Virus record (IMG/VR): IMGVR_UViG_3300042939_000506
Span: 1-61,237 of that record
Origin: a virus
Taxonomy: Duplodnaviria > Caudoviricetes
Reading direction: 5' to 3' (one strand)
Length of the DNA: 61,237 nt
Each line of letters opens with the position of its first letter. Position 1 is the first letter of the stretch. The position numbers and the translations under genes were made by a program. The notes under the pieces were generated by a model that searched no databases, was not told where the DNA came from, and saw nothing but the letters and a program-made list of their open reading frames with translations. Below are positions 38,454-48,248 of this stretch, piece by piece.

Positions 38454-39256
38454 CAGGTGTCGGTTTGCGCCGGGGCGATAGCAGCAGCCGGGGCGTTCGT
38501 CGGACCACCGAAGTAGTAGGTGGTGCCGGTGAACTTTCCGGTGATGTCCAGCTTGGCCGGACGCGAACCCGGCGTCGGGGGCGGCGGTGCCACCGAAGTG
38601 CGGAACAACGTGAAGTGGGCATCGTCATCCACCGGGGCCAACATCCGACCAGCAGTGCCGGTGGCGTTGGTGGCGGCGACGTTGTACGGACCCCGACCCC
38701 AGTGCGGAATCGGAATGGTGATCCCACTCAGCGTGAACGTCGAGATGCTGGAACTGACCTCGATGTTACCCATGGTGAACTCGCTGGCACCGAACAGCAG
38801 GTAGCCGTAGTTGGTGCCCGTAGTGGGAGCGGTGAAAACTGTGTCGAGCTTCTGCGGCTCGCAGTCCTCATCTGACCGACCGCCGGTCCAGATTTCCAAC
38901 GCGACCCCGTACTGGTCATCGACGCTGGCTGAGTCCTGGAACCCGATGGGGTTGTTGGCGAAGTCGATTACTTGGCTCCATCCGCTGAACAACCCGATCA
39001 GGCCGGTGTTGACGTTGCACAGCTCCAACTCGACGTTGTGGTACTTGCGAGTTGCAGGAGTACGGTCGCTGACGCACACTCGGCCTTCAGCGTTTTCCTG
39101 TTCCAGGTCGTTGGCATCCTTCATCACCGGGGTCAGCCGAACGGAAACGAATCCGTCGGTAACAATCCGGTTGGCGTTGCCCGAGATGGGAAGACCGCAA
39201 CGGTTGATTTTGGTGGCGCGGAGCCGGATGCCCTTGACCACGGGAAAGACGCTCAT
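38453..39256 (-). CDS. Major tail protein
   Basis: VKGIRLRATKINRCG, VTDGFVSV, ALEIWTG, WGRGPYNV; AGGAGG RBS; position. Confidence 0.85.
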   Translation of the reverse strand: MSVFPVVKGIRLRATKINRCGLPISGNANRIVTDGFVSVRLTPVMKDANDLEQENAEGRVCVSDRTPATRKYHNVELELCNVNTGLIGLFSGWSQVIDFANNPIGFQDSASVDDQYGVALEIWTGGRSDEDCEPQKLDTVFTAPTTGTNYGYLLFGASEFTMGNIEVSSSISTFTLSGITIPIPHWGRGPYNVAATNATGTAGRMLAPVDDDAHFTLFRTSVAPPPPTPGSRPAKLDITGKFTGTTYYFGGPTNAPAAAIAPAQTDT

Positions 39257-39328
39257 GCGCCACTACCTCCTGCTTGTTCCTCTGTCGTTGTTGAGGCCAT
39301 GCCCCTAGTCAAGAGCACCGCCGTGCAA

Positions 39329-40066
39329 TCAACTCGCCGCCTGAATGGCGGCGAGAATGTCGGACTTCTTGGTGGCCGCACCCAGGTCGATGCTGTTGTC
39401 GGCGGCGTACTGCTTGAGGTCGGCCACCGTCCACGTCATATCCGGGGCTGCGGCCCCACGCGGAACGCTGGTCACCACTCCGCTGGGCGGGGTCTGACGC
39501 GGCGCGTCCAGCGTGATGTGCTCGGTGGTCGGAGGCCGCTTGACCGCCGGGGAATGGATGGTCGTCGGCTCCACATAGTCGATGACCCCATCGGCAGCCA
39601 CACCCGAACCGTCACCAGGGGTGACTGGGAGGTCGTAGAGGCCGTACTTCTCCACCGAACCGTGAATGGGGGTGACTATCCGGTTGTCCGGCTTGGACCC
39701 GCTGACGGTGGTTGAGGGGCCGGGAATGGCCATCACCGCAGACGCCGGGGTGGCACCGCTGTAGTGGTTGCGGATGGTGGGCTGCTCCGGGCGTGCCCCG
39801 GCCATCCCCACGTCCTGCAGCACCTGGGCGAACCCGGTGTCACCGTAGGCCAGCGGCCCGGTACCCGTCGCCCCGTCGATGAGGCCGGCGGCAACAGCGT
39901 CAGCCTCAGGCATCGTGTACCTGGCGCGAGGGCCAACGCGGGTCTCCTTGGTCACCTTCGACCCGGCCTGCCGCAGCTTCTCCAAGGCAGGACCGCGCAG
40001 GGACTTGTTGATGAAGTCGACGGTGGCGAAACCGTCCTCCACAACTGCTTCGATTCCAGCGGGCAT
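39329..40066 (-). CDS. Virion-region protein with C-terminal HeH-like motif
   Basis: WTVADLKQYAADNSIDLGAATKKSDILAAI. Confidence 0.7.
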   Translation of the reverse strand: MPAGIEAVVEDGFATVDFINKSLRGPALEKLRQAGSKVTKETRVGPRARYTMPEADAVAAGLIDGATGTGPLAYGDTGFAQVLQDVGMAGARPEQPTIRNHYSGATPASAVMAIPGPSTTVSGSKPDNRIVTPIHGSVEKYGLYDLPVTPGDGSGVAADGVIDYVEPTTIHSPAVKRPPTTEHITLDAPRQTPPSGVVTSVPRGAAAPDMTWTVADLKQYAADNSIDLGAATKKSDILAAIQAAS

Positions 40067-40075
40067 GATGTTCTC

Positions 40076-40960
40076 CTATCCAACCTTGACCGCTGCCACA
40101 GCGGCCTCGTAGGCAATAGCCATCGACCGTTCAGCGATGGCGATGTACTGGTTGAGTTCCAACTTGATGGCGTCCCGAACAGCCATGGGGCCGCGCCACC
40201 CGAACAGCTGTGTGGTGGCGACGATGGTGTCCCCCAACGGGTCGGCGTACCCACCCCCGAACACCCAGGTGTGGCCCAACGGGCTGCGACCATTCAGGTT
40301 CAGCCGGGATTCGGCCAGGTAGGCAGCCCATTTCGGGCTGGCGTGCAGGTAACCCATCAACCCGACCTTGGCCAGGGCTACCTCAAGCTCCGACACCGCA
40401 GCCGTGACAGAGGTGACTGGCACAGCTGTCGGGGCGTCAGCCAGCAGCCGCGCAGCCACCGAAGTCTCCACCGACACCTGCTCGGTCAACGTCATCACAT
40501 GAATGGCACGCTGACGAACCTCGGCGCGGCTGGTCCCGGTCATGTCGCCGCACTGGTTGTGGTCATAGGCGTAGACGGTGATCGGCTCCACGTCGAAGAT
40601 CACCGCGTCGGGACGCTCTTTGATCTTGGTGGCCGCTGACGCCGAATCCGGTGCATCACACCAGTCCTCGTCCCACACACCGAACTGGCCGTCCACCCCG
40701 ATGTTCTGCTGACGGACCTGCAGACCGTCGAGAAAACGCAGAGGCAGAGTGCCGTCCTGCAGCCAGGTCACCGCATCGAACAACCCCCGCGGAGCAGGAA
40801 CCAGCGGCGGATCGAACAACGAGGTCCACCGATCACCGCCCCCAGCACGAACGTCGTACAAACCGTCGTTGTGAGGTTGGCCGGCGTCGTCGTAGAGACC
40901 GTCACCCACAGGTTCGGTGTGCGGCGGGTAGAGCTTGCTCAGCTTCTCCGGTGCGGTCAT
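40076..40960 (-). CDS. Capsid-associated protein
   Basis: Follows major capsid gene; GAGGA RBS; SPLGHTWVFGGGY. Confidence 0.7.
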   Translation of the reverse strand: MTAPEKLSKLYPPHTEPVGDGLYDDAGQPHNDGLYDVRAGGGDRWTSLFDPPLVPAPRGLFDAVTWLQDGTLPLRFLDGLQVRQQNIGVDGQFGVWDEDWCDAPDSASAATKIKERPDAVIFDVEPITVYAYDHNQCGDMTGTSRAEVRQRAIHVMTLTEQVSVETSVAARLLADAPTAVPVTSVTAAVSELEVALAKVGLMGYLHASPKWAAYLAESRLNLNGRSPLGHTWVFGGGYADPLGDTIVATTQLFGWRGPMAVRDAIKLELNQYIAIAERSMAIAYEAAVAAVKVG

Positions 40961-40986
40961 ATCCTCGTGTCCCTTCTCAAGAGCGG

Positions 40987-41033
40987 AAGGCGAGCGGTGT
41001 GAGCGGCCTCAAAGTGCCCACACCGCTCGCCTT
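40987..41033 (-). terminator. Hairpin downstream of major capsid gene
   Basis: AAGGCGAGCGGTGTG...CACACCGCTCGCCTT, 15-bp stem. Confidence 0.75.
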
Positions 41034-41054
41034 GTCTCTGGCAGTCGCGCTCGG

Positions 41055-42698
41055 TCAGGAGCAGGTGATCTCGACCGGAGCCCCGTACCCGCCGGTCGGG
41101 CAGATCGGGATTTCGACGTTCAGCGAGTGGTTGCACCGCTTACCAACAGCAATCGCGTCCTCGGTGAAGAACTCGGTGTAGCGGTTGATTTGCAACTGTT
41201 CCTTCGGGTAGAGCACCCCGACCTCGATGATGTTGCTCAGCGACCGGAACCACGTCCCCGCCGGGTAGAGCAGCACGTTGACCTTGCTCGGCCACTTCAT
41301 CGTGTCCAGGTGGCCCGGCTCGCCCACACCACGGGTCTGCCAGTCACCGACGAACTGCAGCGAGATGTTGCGAGCGTTGAGCCAGCCGCTGATCTCACCG
41401 TCACCCACGGCCAGGTTGTTGCGACCCTGCATGAGTGCCAGGTCGGCGCGCAGAACCTCATGCAACCAGTTCGGGGCGACGCCCTCGATGGTGGCACTGC
41501 GGCTCAACCCACGGTTGAGGCGCAGGTTGGTCGCCATCAGAGCAATCGAGTTGAGCACCGAGGAGGTCGCGTTGACCTGATCGGTGGTGATCTTCTTCGG
41601 CGTGGAACCGGCCACCATGTCGAGGATGGTGCGGCGGCTCAGAGCGCGGAAGTGCTCCTGAGTCAGCGACCGCAGGAACCACTCGATGGATTCCGGCCAG
41701 CCCTGCCGCTGCAGGATGCCTGCCTCCACGCAGTAGCCCACGGCGTTGAGCCGCATTTCGACGAACTCATCCGGGCAGGGAATCTCGACGCAGTGCTTGA
41801 CGGCGGTCGGGTGACCGTCGGCGTCGACTGCTTCCAGTTCCGGCTCGGTGAAGAAGAACTCGTAGCTCTCAAAGATCGCCGAGAGGTCCGGCTCCACCGG
41901 CCAGCGGATGCCGCCACGGTTGATGGCGATTTCCGGCAGGCTGATGAGGTCGGTGGCCTCGGGCACGTCGCAGAACGTGTAAATCTGCTCCGACGGGGCG
42001 CACCAGCCACCGGCAGCGGTGAGAGCCTGAGCGGTCACCTTGCCGTATCCGGGGATCTCGGAGGTGGCCCGCTCGATCTCCCGCACCAGTTCGTGGCTGT
42101 CGTTGACCACGGTCATCTGCCGGGACAACTGGGCCAGGCCGCGGGCGGCCATTGAACGGACATCGGAGCGGTTGGGGCGAACCCGTGCGCTGTGACCGCG
42201 CACCGAGTCGATGGCCAGGCCCATTTCCTTGAACCCGATCTTGCCGGAACGGTAGCCCGGCGCACCGGGAACCATTTCCCAGCCGGGACCGGTGTCCTCG
42301 GCGGGAGTGTCGGTTTCCCCGGCCCCGGCGAACACCACCGGAGCGGTGGATGCGGCGATAGGCTCGGCAACATCGTCGCCGCTGTACCTCTCGTCCTCGG
42401 TTTCCTCCACGGTGGACTCCTCGACGACCGGTTCGGCGGTGGCGGTCTTGGACCGTTCGATGACCTCGGCCACAGCGGCGCGGTGAGCGTCGGCTTCAGC
42501 TTCGGCGTCCGCAAGCGCGGAGTTGATGGTGTCCACTGCGTCGAGCAGAGAGTTCAGGTACTCCACGTCGGAGTCGCCCAGATTCTCGTCGCTCTCGTAG
42601 CGGCGCTGGATTTCGGTGATTTCGGCGGCTGCCTTCTCACGCAGCGAGGTCAGTTCCTCGGAAGTGATCGGCAACTCGTCCGGTAGCTGGAAGGTCAC
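41055..42698 (-). CDS. Major capsid protein with N-terminal scaffold-like region
   Basis: Acidic coiled-coil N-terminus; ALTAAGGWCAPSE..Y; DLISLPEI...RGGIRW; AGGAG RBS. Confidence 0.9.
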   Translation of the reverse strand: MTFQLPDELPITSEELTSLREKAAAEITEIQRRYESDENLGDSDVEYLNSLLDAVDTINSALADAEAEADAHRAAVAEVIERSKTATAEPVVEESTVEETEDERYSGDDVAEPIAASTAPVVFAGAGETDTPAEDTGPGWEMVPGAPGYRSGKIGFKEMGLAIDSVRGHSARVRPNRSDVRSMAARGLAQLSRQMTVVNDSHELVREIERATSEIPGYGKVTAQALTAAGGWCAPSEQIYTFCDVPEATDLISLPEIAINRGGIRWPVEPDLSAIFESYEFFFTEPELEAVDADGHPTAVKHCVEIPCPDEFVEMRLNAVGYCVEAGILQRQGWPESIEWFLRSLTQEHFRALSRRTILDMVAGSTPKKITTDQVNATSSVLNSIALMATNLRLNRGLSRSATIEGVAPNWLHEVLRADLALMQGRNNLAVGDGEISGWLNARNISLQFVGDWQTRGVGEPGHLDTMKWPSKVNVLLYPAGTWFRSLSNIIEVGVLYPKEQLQINRYTEFFTEDAIAVGKRCNHSLNVEIPICPTGGYGAPVEITCS

Positions 42699-43003
42699 TG
42701 CGACTCCTGTTCGCGTCTATAGCCCGGTACAACCTGTCGTTGATCGCTTCCCGGCCCGTAGCCAGATCAGAAGCTCTCGCAGTTGCCGACAGTAAGTACA
42801 GGCCGTGCAGCGGTCAGAGAAGTTTGGTGAAAACGCCACCGAAAGGAGGGAAAGGGGTCACGATGGAAAGTGCCACCGGGTATCAGGGGCGACGGGCCTC
42901 ATCCCCCGACAAGACCCGCCGCCCCTGTGCAGCCGGTTCCCCATCCCCCGACAGGGAGGGCTGCGGCTCTGTGAGCCTCGTCAGAGGCTACCACACATTT
43001 GCT

Positions 43004-43040
43004 GCTCCCCCGGATGGACTCGAACCATCAACCGCCCGGT
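43004..43040 (-). mobile_element. attP: attP core: copy of the 3' half of a host tRNA (Asn-like)
   Basis: Minus strand ACCGGGCGGTT-GATGG-TTCGAGT-CCATC-CGGGGGA-G gives T-arm, acceptor 3' strand and discriminator G; no 5' half; next to integrase. Confidence 0.85.
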
Positions 43041-43093
43041 GTGCAGTTGTCAGTCCGTCAACCAGCAGTGTCGGGGGGATAGGACCAATAAAC

Positions 43094-44047
43094 ATGAAGC
43101 GGAAACTAACGAACACCGAGTTTGCTACAAACAGGCAACGATCACTGAAACTTGTTGTGGAAGAAATCAGCGGCAGTGTAATTAATTCAGACGTGCCCAG
43201 ACCCCGCACACACAAACAGAAGTACCTGCTACCACCTGATTGGGAATCCGCCGTCACCGGCTGGATGGTGTGGCTGGCCGCCAGCGGGATGCCCAAAACC
43301 ACCCAACGAACTCGACGCGGACATGTACGAAAAACCGCACGCATGACAACAACCCGTCATCCCCGCGACGTCACCACCGCAATGCTGGTGTCTGTCTGCA
43401 GCGAGGAAAACTGGTCCAACGAACACCGACGGGGAGTTCGCCGTTCACTGATGGCGTTCTTTGAGTGGGCCACCGCACAAGGACTGGTCCCTCACAACCC
43501 CGCCGAGAAGCTGCCCCGCGTTCCTTCCGGCACCCCAAACCCTCGACCCGTACCCAACCCCATGTGGAAACAGATACTCATGGCCGCGCCACCCCGCGAA
43601 AAGATGATGATGCGGCTGGCCGGCGAAGTGGGGATGCGGAGAGCCGAAGTCGCCTGCTGTCACCGCGACGACCTCATCGAAGACCTGTGCGGATGGTCGC
43701 TCATCATCCACGGCAAGGGCAACAAACAACGCATGATCCCTATCCACAACAGGCTGGCCCGCGACATCATGGACTTCTGCGGCCACGGCTACCTGTTCCC
43801 CGGCCAGGACAACGGCCACCTAGCCGCCATGACAGTCGGCAAGCTCGTCGGAGACCTCATGCCACCGGGCTGGTCAATGCACAAACTGCGGCACCGATTC
43901 GCCACCAGAAGTCTTGCCGCCGGGGGCGACCTGCTGGTGGTGCGCGACCTGCTCGGTCACACCAGCGTGGCAACCACCCAGCTTTACACCGCCTCGGTTC
44001 CCGAGAAGATGCGCCGGATCACCGACCTACTCGCTCAGGAGGACTGA
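43094..44047 (+). CDS. int: Tyrosine integrase (short type)
   Basis: GMRRAEV, GKGNKQR, HKLRHRFA, LLGHTS, TTQLYT catalytic set; start could be 42863, 43094 or 43193. Confidence 0.92.
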   Translation: MKRKLTNTEFATNRQRSLKLVVEEISGSVINSDVPRPRTHKQKYLLPPDWESAVTGWMVWLAASGMPKTTQRTRRGHVRKTARMTTTRHPRDVTTAMLVSVCSEENWSNEHRRGVRRSLMAFFEWATAQGLVPHNPAEKLPRVPSGTPNPRPVPNPMWKQILMAAPPREKMMMRLAGEVGMRRAEVACCHRDDLIEDLCGWSLIIHGKGNKQRMIPIHNRLARDIMDFCGHGYLFPGQDNGHLAAMTVGKLVGDLMPPGWSMHKLRHRFATRSLAAGGDLLVVRDLLGHTSVATTQLYTASVPEKMRRITDLLAQED

Positions 44048-44334
44048 CCCAACTCCGGGCACAGATACTTGACAGCCAGAGCGGCGAACTCGTCACTGTC
44101 AGCCGCCGATTCCGGGCGGTCCAACCGGCTCAACACCTCCCGCAGCACGCGGTCAGTCAGATCACCGCTGGCCTCGGTACGCATCACGCACACCGTGTAG
44201 CCGTTACGCAGAGCCTCAGTTCGGTCGGTGTAACCCAACACCGCCACCGCATCCAGAAAGGAGCGGTCATCAGCAGCGGCTGTCGGGGCCAGATACAACG
44301 ACCCCAGCAGCGCACCGATCACAACCCAGATCAC
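44035..44334 (-). CDS. DUF732-like secreted protein
   Basis: Signal peptide then ADDRSFLDAV..GYTVC...AVKYLCP. Confidence 0.8.
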   Translation of the reverse strand: MIWVVIGALLGSLYLAPTAAADDRSFLDAVAVLGYTDRTEALRNGYTVCVMRTEASGDLTDRVLREVLSRLDRPESAADSDEFAALAVKYLCPELGQSS

Positions 44335-44534
44335 TGCGATTTCCGGGTCTGAGTTTCAGTTCGCACTGTGCCACCCCCAGCAGCCCGAACCTCAGCCTTA
44401 GCCTCGATCTGGGACAGAAACGGTGGCATGTTGGCAGGCGGCACCGTCGTACCATCCGGCAGAGTCACCCGATACCCAGTGATCTCATAGCCGGAAGCGT
44501 GGGCGCGAGCCCGCTTGGAGCAGCCGCACCCCAT
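44331..44534 (-). CDS. Small conserved capsid-region protein
   Basis: MGCGC start, GYRVTLPDG, EVRAAGGGTVR. Confidence 0.75.
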   Translation of the reverse strand: MGCGCSKRARAHASGYEITGYRVTLPDGTTVPPANMPPFLSQIEAKAEVRAAGGGTVRTETQTRKSQ

Positions 44535-45950
44535 CTACTTGACAGGCTTGTAGGTGCGCGGATCAGCCGGTTTCACCGGCCCGCGAGGATTGGCATGAGT
44601 AGTGACACCCGGCTTGTTCTTGGCCATGGTCAAAAGGTAAGCCACACGGGTGCGAGGAGCTGTCGGCACAGGAGGCTTACCCACTGTCTTCTCCGCCCGG
44701 CAGATTGCCTCCAAAGTCGCCACCGCCAGGTCCTGACGCCGGGATTCTTCCATCAGCGCCTCCAAGACTGCTTCCTTGATCTGAGTGCGCGTCAGGCCGG
44801 TGTGCTTGTGTCCCGGCTTGACCACCGGACCCACCGACGCCACCAACGCCAACGGCTGACCCTGATCGTCGTCACGGCCCCGCGCTGAGAACCCAGGAGT
44901 ATTGACAGCCAAAGCCGCCACCAGATCCAAACCCTGCCCCAGGTTTCGCCAGTCACCGGACAGCGGTGAAGAGACACCCTGCTCGACCTGATCCGGTGTG
45001 GCCCACGGTGCCGGAACACCGGAGAACCACACACCGTGCGAGTCCTCCCCGACCCGGACAAGCGCGAAACACGTCCCGGTGTTGTCGTAGTGCGCGGCTG
45101 CCGGCGCTGCCCCTAGCCGAGGGTCGGCGTGACCTGTCCCCACCGTCAGCCGACCAACCGGCAGCCGCTGCCCGTTGTCCAGCCTGATCGCCGGGCTGGT
45201 GTGGAAATGCGTGTAGTCGCTCGGTGAGCGGGGCACCATCACGCACTCGGTCTGCACGCTGCGGTGGCACTGACCGAACACCGCCAGGTGACCGTAGATA
45301 CGCCCATCGACACCCATCGTCGGCATCGTGGGGCCAGTCAAGTTCGGGTTCTCAAAGAGCCGATGGTCATAGACCTTGGGCCGGAACTCCTCGGCGGCGC
45401 TGGCCACCAACGCCACCTCACGCGGCTCCCGCTGATCGTTGAGAGACAGCTTGGTATCGCCGAACGCGGCTGTGGCCACCAACGTGGTGCCGATCAACTC
45501 AGCTTTGGTGAACGTCATGAACATCGGCGTGTCTGGGGAAGCGTCCTCGGCCAATTCCACCCCGGAGGAGTCGGTGAACACCCATTCCGCGGATGCCAGA
45601 TCAACACTGGGGCTGGACACCCCGTGCGCCAGTTCGTTGGCAGCTTCGTCAGCCTCGGCGGTGTTGAGCAGATACCCGGACGCCACCACAGTGCCGCCGT
45701 TGAGGGCGGCGCTCTCAATGACCCCGACGGTGTAGGAGTCGGAGTGGCCTTCCTTGGACTGCTTGCACCACATCAGCGGCAACGGGAAGCTGCGGAAACT
45801 CAAGTCGATGCTCTGTGCCAGCATCCTGCCGTCACTGGTGGGCTGTCCCACCAACGCGATCACCGCGTTGGTGAAGGTGCGGAAGGTCTCGCCCTCCTGC
45901 TCCGTCACTTCCCCCAAAGTCGACTCAAAATCGCTCATGGTGTCAGTCAT
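44535..45950 (-). CDS. Capsid maturation protease
   Basis: TSDGR, PLPLMW..GH...VGVI, PSVD, TLVATAAF, LSGDWR; downstream of portal. Confidence 0.85.
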   Translation of the reverse strand: MTDTMSDFESTLGEVTEQEGETFRTFTNAVIALVGQPTSDGRMLAQSIDLSFRSFPLPLMWCKQSKEGHSDSYTVGVIESAALNGGTVVASGYLLNTAEADEAANELAHGVSSPSVDLASAEWVFTDSSGVELAEDASPDTPMFMTFTKAELIGTTLVATAAFGDTKLSLNDQREPREVALVASAAEEFRPKVYDHRLFENPNLTGPTMPTMGVDGRIYGHLAVFGQCHRSVQTECVMVPRSPSDYTHFHTSPAIRLDNGQRLPVGRLTVGTGHADPRLGAAPAAAHYDNTGTCFALVRVGEDSHGVWFSGVPAPWATPDQVEQGVSSPLSGDWRNLGQGLDLVAALAVNTPGFSARGRDDDQGQPLALVASVGPVVKPGHKHTGLTRTQIKEAVLEALMEESRRQDLAVATLEAICRAEKTVGKPPVPTAPRTRVAYLLTMAKNKPGVTTHANPRGPVKPADPRTYKPVK

Positions 45951-45990
45951 TGCGTCCTCCAATCCGCTGCCACGGTATCGACCGGCGGTG

Positions 45991-47838
45991 CTATACAGTG
46001 ACCACCTGAGCGGTCATCTGTCGGCGAACCTCCCGGCGCACCTGATCCCGAACTTCCTCAATGTCCAGACCGACCAGAGCCAACGTGTCGGCTTCCAGCG
46101 CGTCGTCCCAGCCCTTGATGAGTTCGGGAATGTCATCAGTGTTTACCGGCTCCATCACCCGGTGGAAATGTTGCGGCTTCAAGCCGCGCAACCTGTCATT
46201 GTCGGCGCGGGTGCGCCGGCGTTTACCGGCAAGCTCCAACGCACGCGACACCATCACCTCGATGATGGCCTGACTCGCCTCCCGTTTGCCCACATCTTGC
46301 CTGCGGCCACGATTGCCCTGGTTCTCTCCGGGTTTAAGTTTGTCGGTCACCGGGCGGCTGCCTCTGTTGGTGTCATCTGACCGCCCCGGCTTGGCATTGA
46401 CCCCGTTCGGTGGTGGTGGAGGTTCGATGGGATCGGGTACCGCGGCCTGGACTTTGGTGTCTAGCAGCGGCAAGAACGTGTGGAACAGCGACGGGTCCTT
46501 GGACACCTGATCCTGCGCCCACACCCGCCACCCGTCCAAGCTGGCGAAGTCATAACCCGCATCCGCATCCAGGTTCAAGTAGGAGCGATACGCGGCGGCA
46601 TTGATGACACCACGGTCATAAGCGTCAGTGGCGGTGTCGGTGTTGTCCGGGTCAGACGTCAACAAACTGGCGTCGTACCAGACGATGTACTTGGTGGGGT
46701 CGATCCCCTCCCGTTCCAGAACATTGCGGAAAACCTGATCGGTGATCGCCGCACACAGGTTCTCCATCACCGGAGCAATATGAATCTGAACGTCGGTGTC
46801 AGCGATCTGCCACGCCGACCAGTGATTCGTTGAGGACCCCAACCCCAACATCCGTTCCGGGGACACATCAAGGCCCATCGCCAAGCGGTGGATCGCGTCA
46901 TTACGCAACTTGATGGCGGTGTCAGTGATCTCGTTGTCGAACTTCAGGTGCGACACCTTGCTAATCATCTCGCCGGGAACACTGGCGAAAATGGGGATCA
47001 TCGCCGCGAACGACTCGTCGTCCTCGTACGCAACCTTGGCGACGTTGAACAGAAGCTCCTGTAGCTCCTGCACCGCGGGCAGACCGGTCAACCCCATACC
47101 GCCGGGCTGGCCGGCGGCAACCGGACCGGCGGCGCGGGGCAAGCTCATCTCCTGCGGAACGAACACAATGCCGTTACCGATCAGCCGGGACTTCCCGGCG
47201 TTGGCGATGGTCTTGGTGGTTCGGACGATTTCGTACAGATCGTCCAGACAGGCCCGCACCGGGGAGTCGGCGTCCTGAGCGGTGCGGGGGTGGGAGTTCC
47301 ACACCCGGAAGATCACATCGACACCCGGACGCAGATCATGATCGCTGCCATCGGGCAGCATCACGGTGACTTCCTGACCTTTCTTGCGGATCTCGTCGCG
47401 GGAGAACGCGAACCATTTTTCCGAACCGTCAGGCTGAACCAGGATGGCGACCCACACCTCGCCGGGGATCGTCAAACATTCCACAGCCCGTTTGATGAGC
47501 TGCCCTACGGTCAGCTGGGAACCACCGCCGATGGCTTTGACGATGGCATCCACCCGCGGGTTGGTGGTTTTACCGGTCGGCAGCCCCGAAGGGTCAAGTT
47601 CGGACGCCACCAACCGCACCCGGCTGCACGAATTGGAACGCCACCCGACGTAGTACCGCAACTCCCCGACCTGATCCATCAGGTTCCACGCTTCGGTCTG
47701 CCACCCGGTACGGCCTGACAGTGACACCGAGTTCTTGAACGTCGCCTGCGGGTTCTCAATGGGTGCGCTCGCCGCGACCAGAGCACCCGGCACGGAACCC
47801 CGCCGACGCCGAACTATTCGCAGATCAGGAGCCGCCAC
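45991..47838 (-). CDS. Portal protein
   Basis: WQTEAW...VGELRYYVGWR, RVWNSHP...ADSP, RLAMGLDVSPERMLG..NHWSAW. Confidence 0.92.
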   Translation of the reverse strand: MAAPDLRIVRRRRGSVPGALVAASAPIENPQATFKNSVSLSGRTGWQTEAWNLMDQVGELRYYVGWRSNSCSRVRLVASELDPSGLPTGKTTNPRVDAIVKAIGGGSQLTVGQLIKRAVECLTIPGEVWVAILVQPDGSEKWFAFSRDEIRKKGQEVTVMLPDGSDHDLRPGVDVIFRVWNSHPRTAQDADSPVRACLDDLYEIVRTTKTIANAGKSRLIGNGIVFVPQEMSLPRAAGPVAAGQPGGMGLTGLPAVQELQELLFNVAKVAYEDDESFAAMIPIFASVPGEMISKVSHLKFDNEITDTAIKLRNDAIHRLAMGLDVSPERMLGLGSSTNHWSAWQIADTDVQIHIAPVMENLCAAITDQVFRNVLEREGIDPTKYIVWYDASLLTSDPDNTDTATDAYDRGVINAAAYRSYLNLDADAGYDFASLDGWRVWAQDQVSKDPSLFHTFLPLLDTKVQAAVPDPIEPPPPPNGVNAKPGRSDDTNRGSRPVTDKLKPGENQGNRGRRQDVGKREASQAIIEVMVSRALELAGKRRRTRADNDRLRGLKPQHFHRVMEPVNTDDIPELIKGWDDALEADTLALVGLDIEEVRDQVRREVRRQMTAQVVTV

Positions 47839-47863
47839 GCTGTCACGTTATCCAAGGGTGGTG

Positions 47864-48193
47864 CTAGTCGGTTTCTACACGTTCGTACTCGATGTCGTCC
47901 TCGTTGTAGAGCGGGGCGAACATACCCACCAGCTGCGAGCAGGCCAGACCCAGCGGAATCAGTGACCACCACGGCCACGCCAGGAAGCTGACCACCGGAA
48001 TCGCCAGCAGCAGCGAGAACCACATGCCGACACACCACGGGCAGCCCAGAAACTCCACCAGCGTTGATGCCGGGCCGTATTTGCGGGCGGCACGGATGCG
48101 GATGGGATCAAGGATGGTGTCGGCGTTGACCAGCCGGGTCAAACGCATGACAGCCAGAACATAGATAGCGAGAACGAGCACGGTTGAGGCCAT
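47864..48193 (-). CDS. DUF1360-like membrane protein
   Basis: LAVMRLTRLVNADTILDPIR, LGCPWCVGMW. Confidence 0.85.
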   Translation of the reverse strand: MASTVLVLAIYVLAVMRLTRLVNADTILDPIRIRAARKYGPASTLVEFLGCPWCVGMWFSLLLAIPVVSFLAWPWWSLIPLGLACSQLVGMFAPLYNEDDIEYERVETD

Positions 48194-48248
48194 GACAGCA
48201 CTGTTTCGCACCGGGGTGCAGAACACCTCCGATCCGTAGGCTTTGTGT

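Noticed and set aside
43004-43040. Functional tRNA gene
   Set aside because: Only the 3' half is present, with no D-arm or anticodon loop; better read as the attP core.
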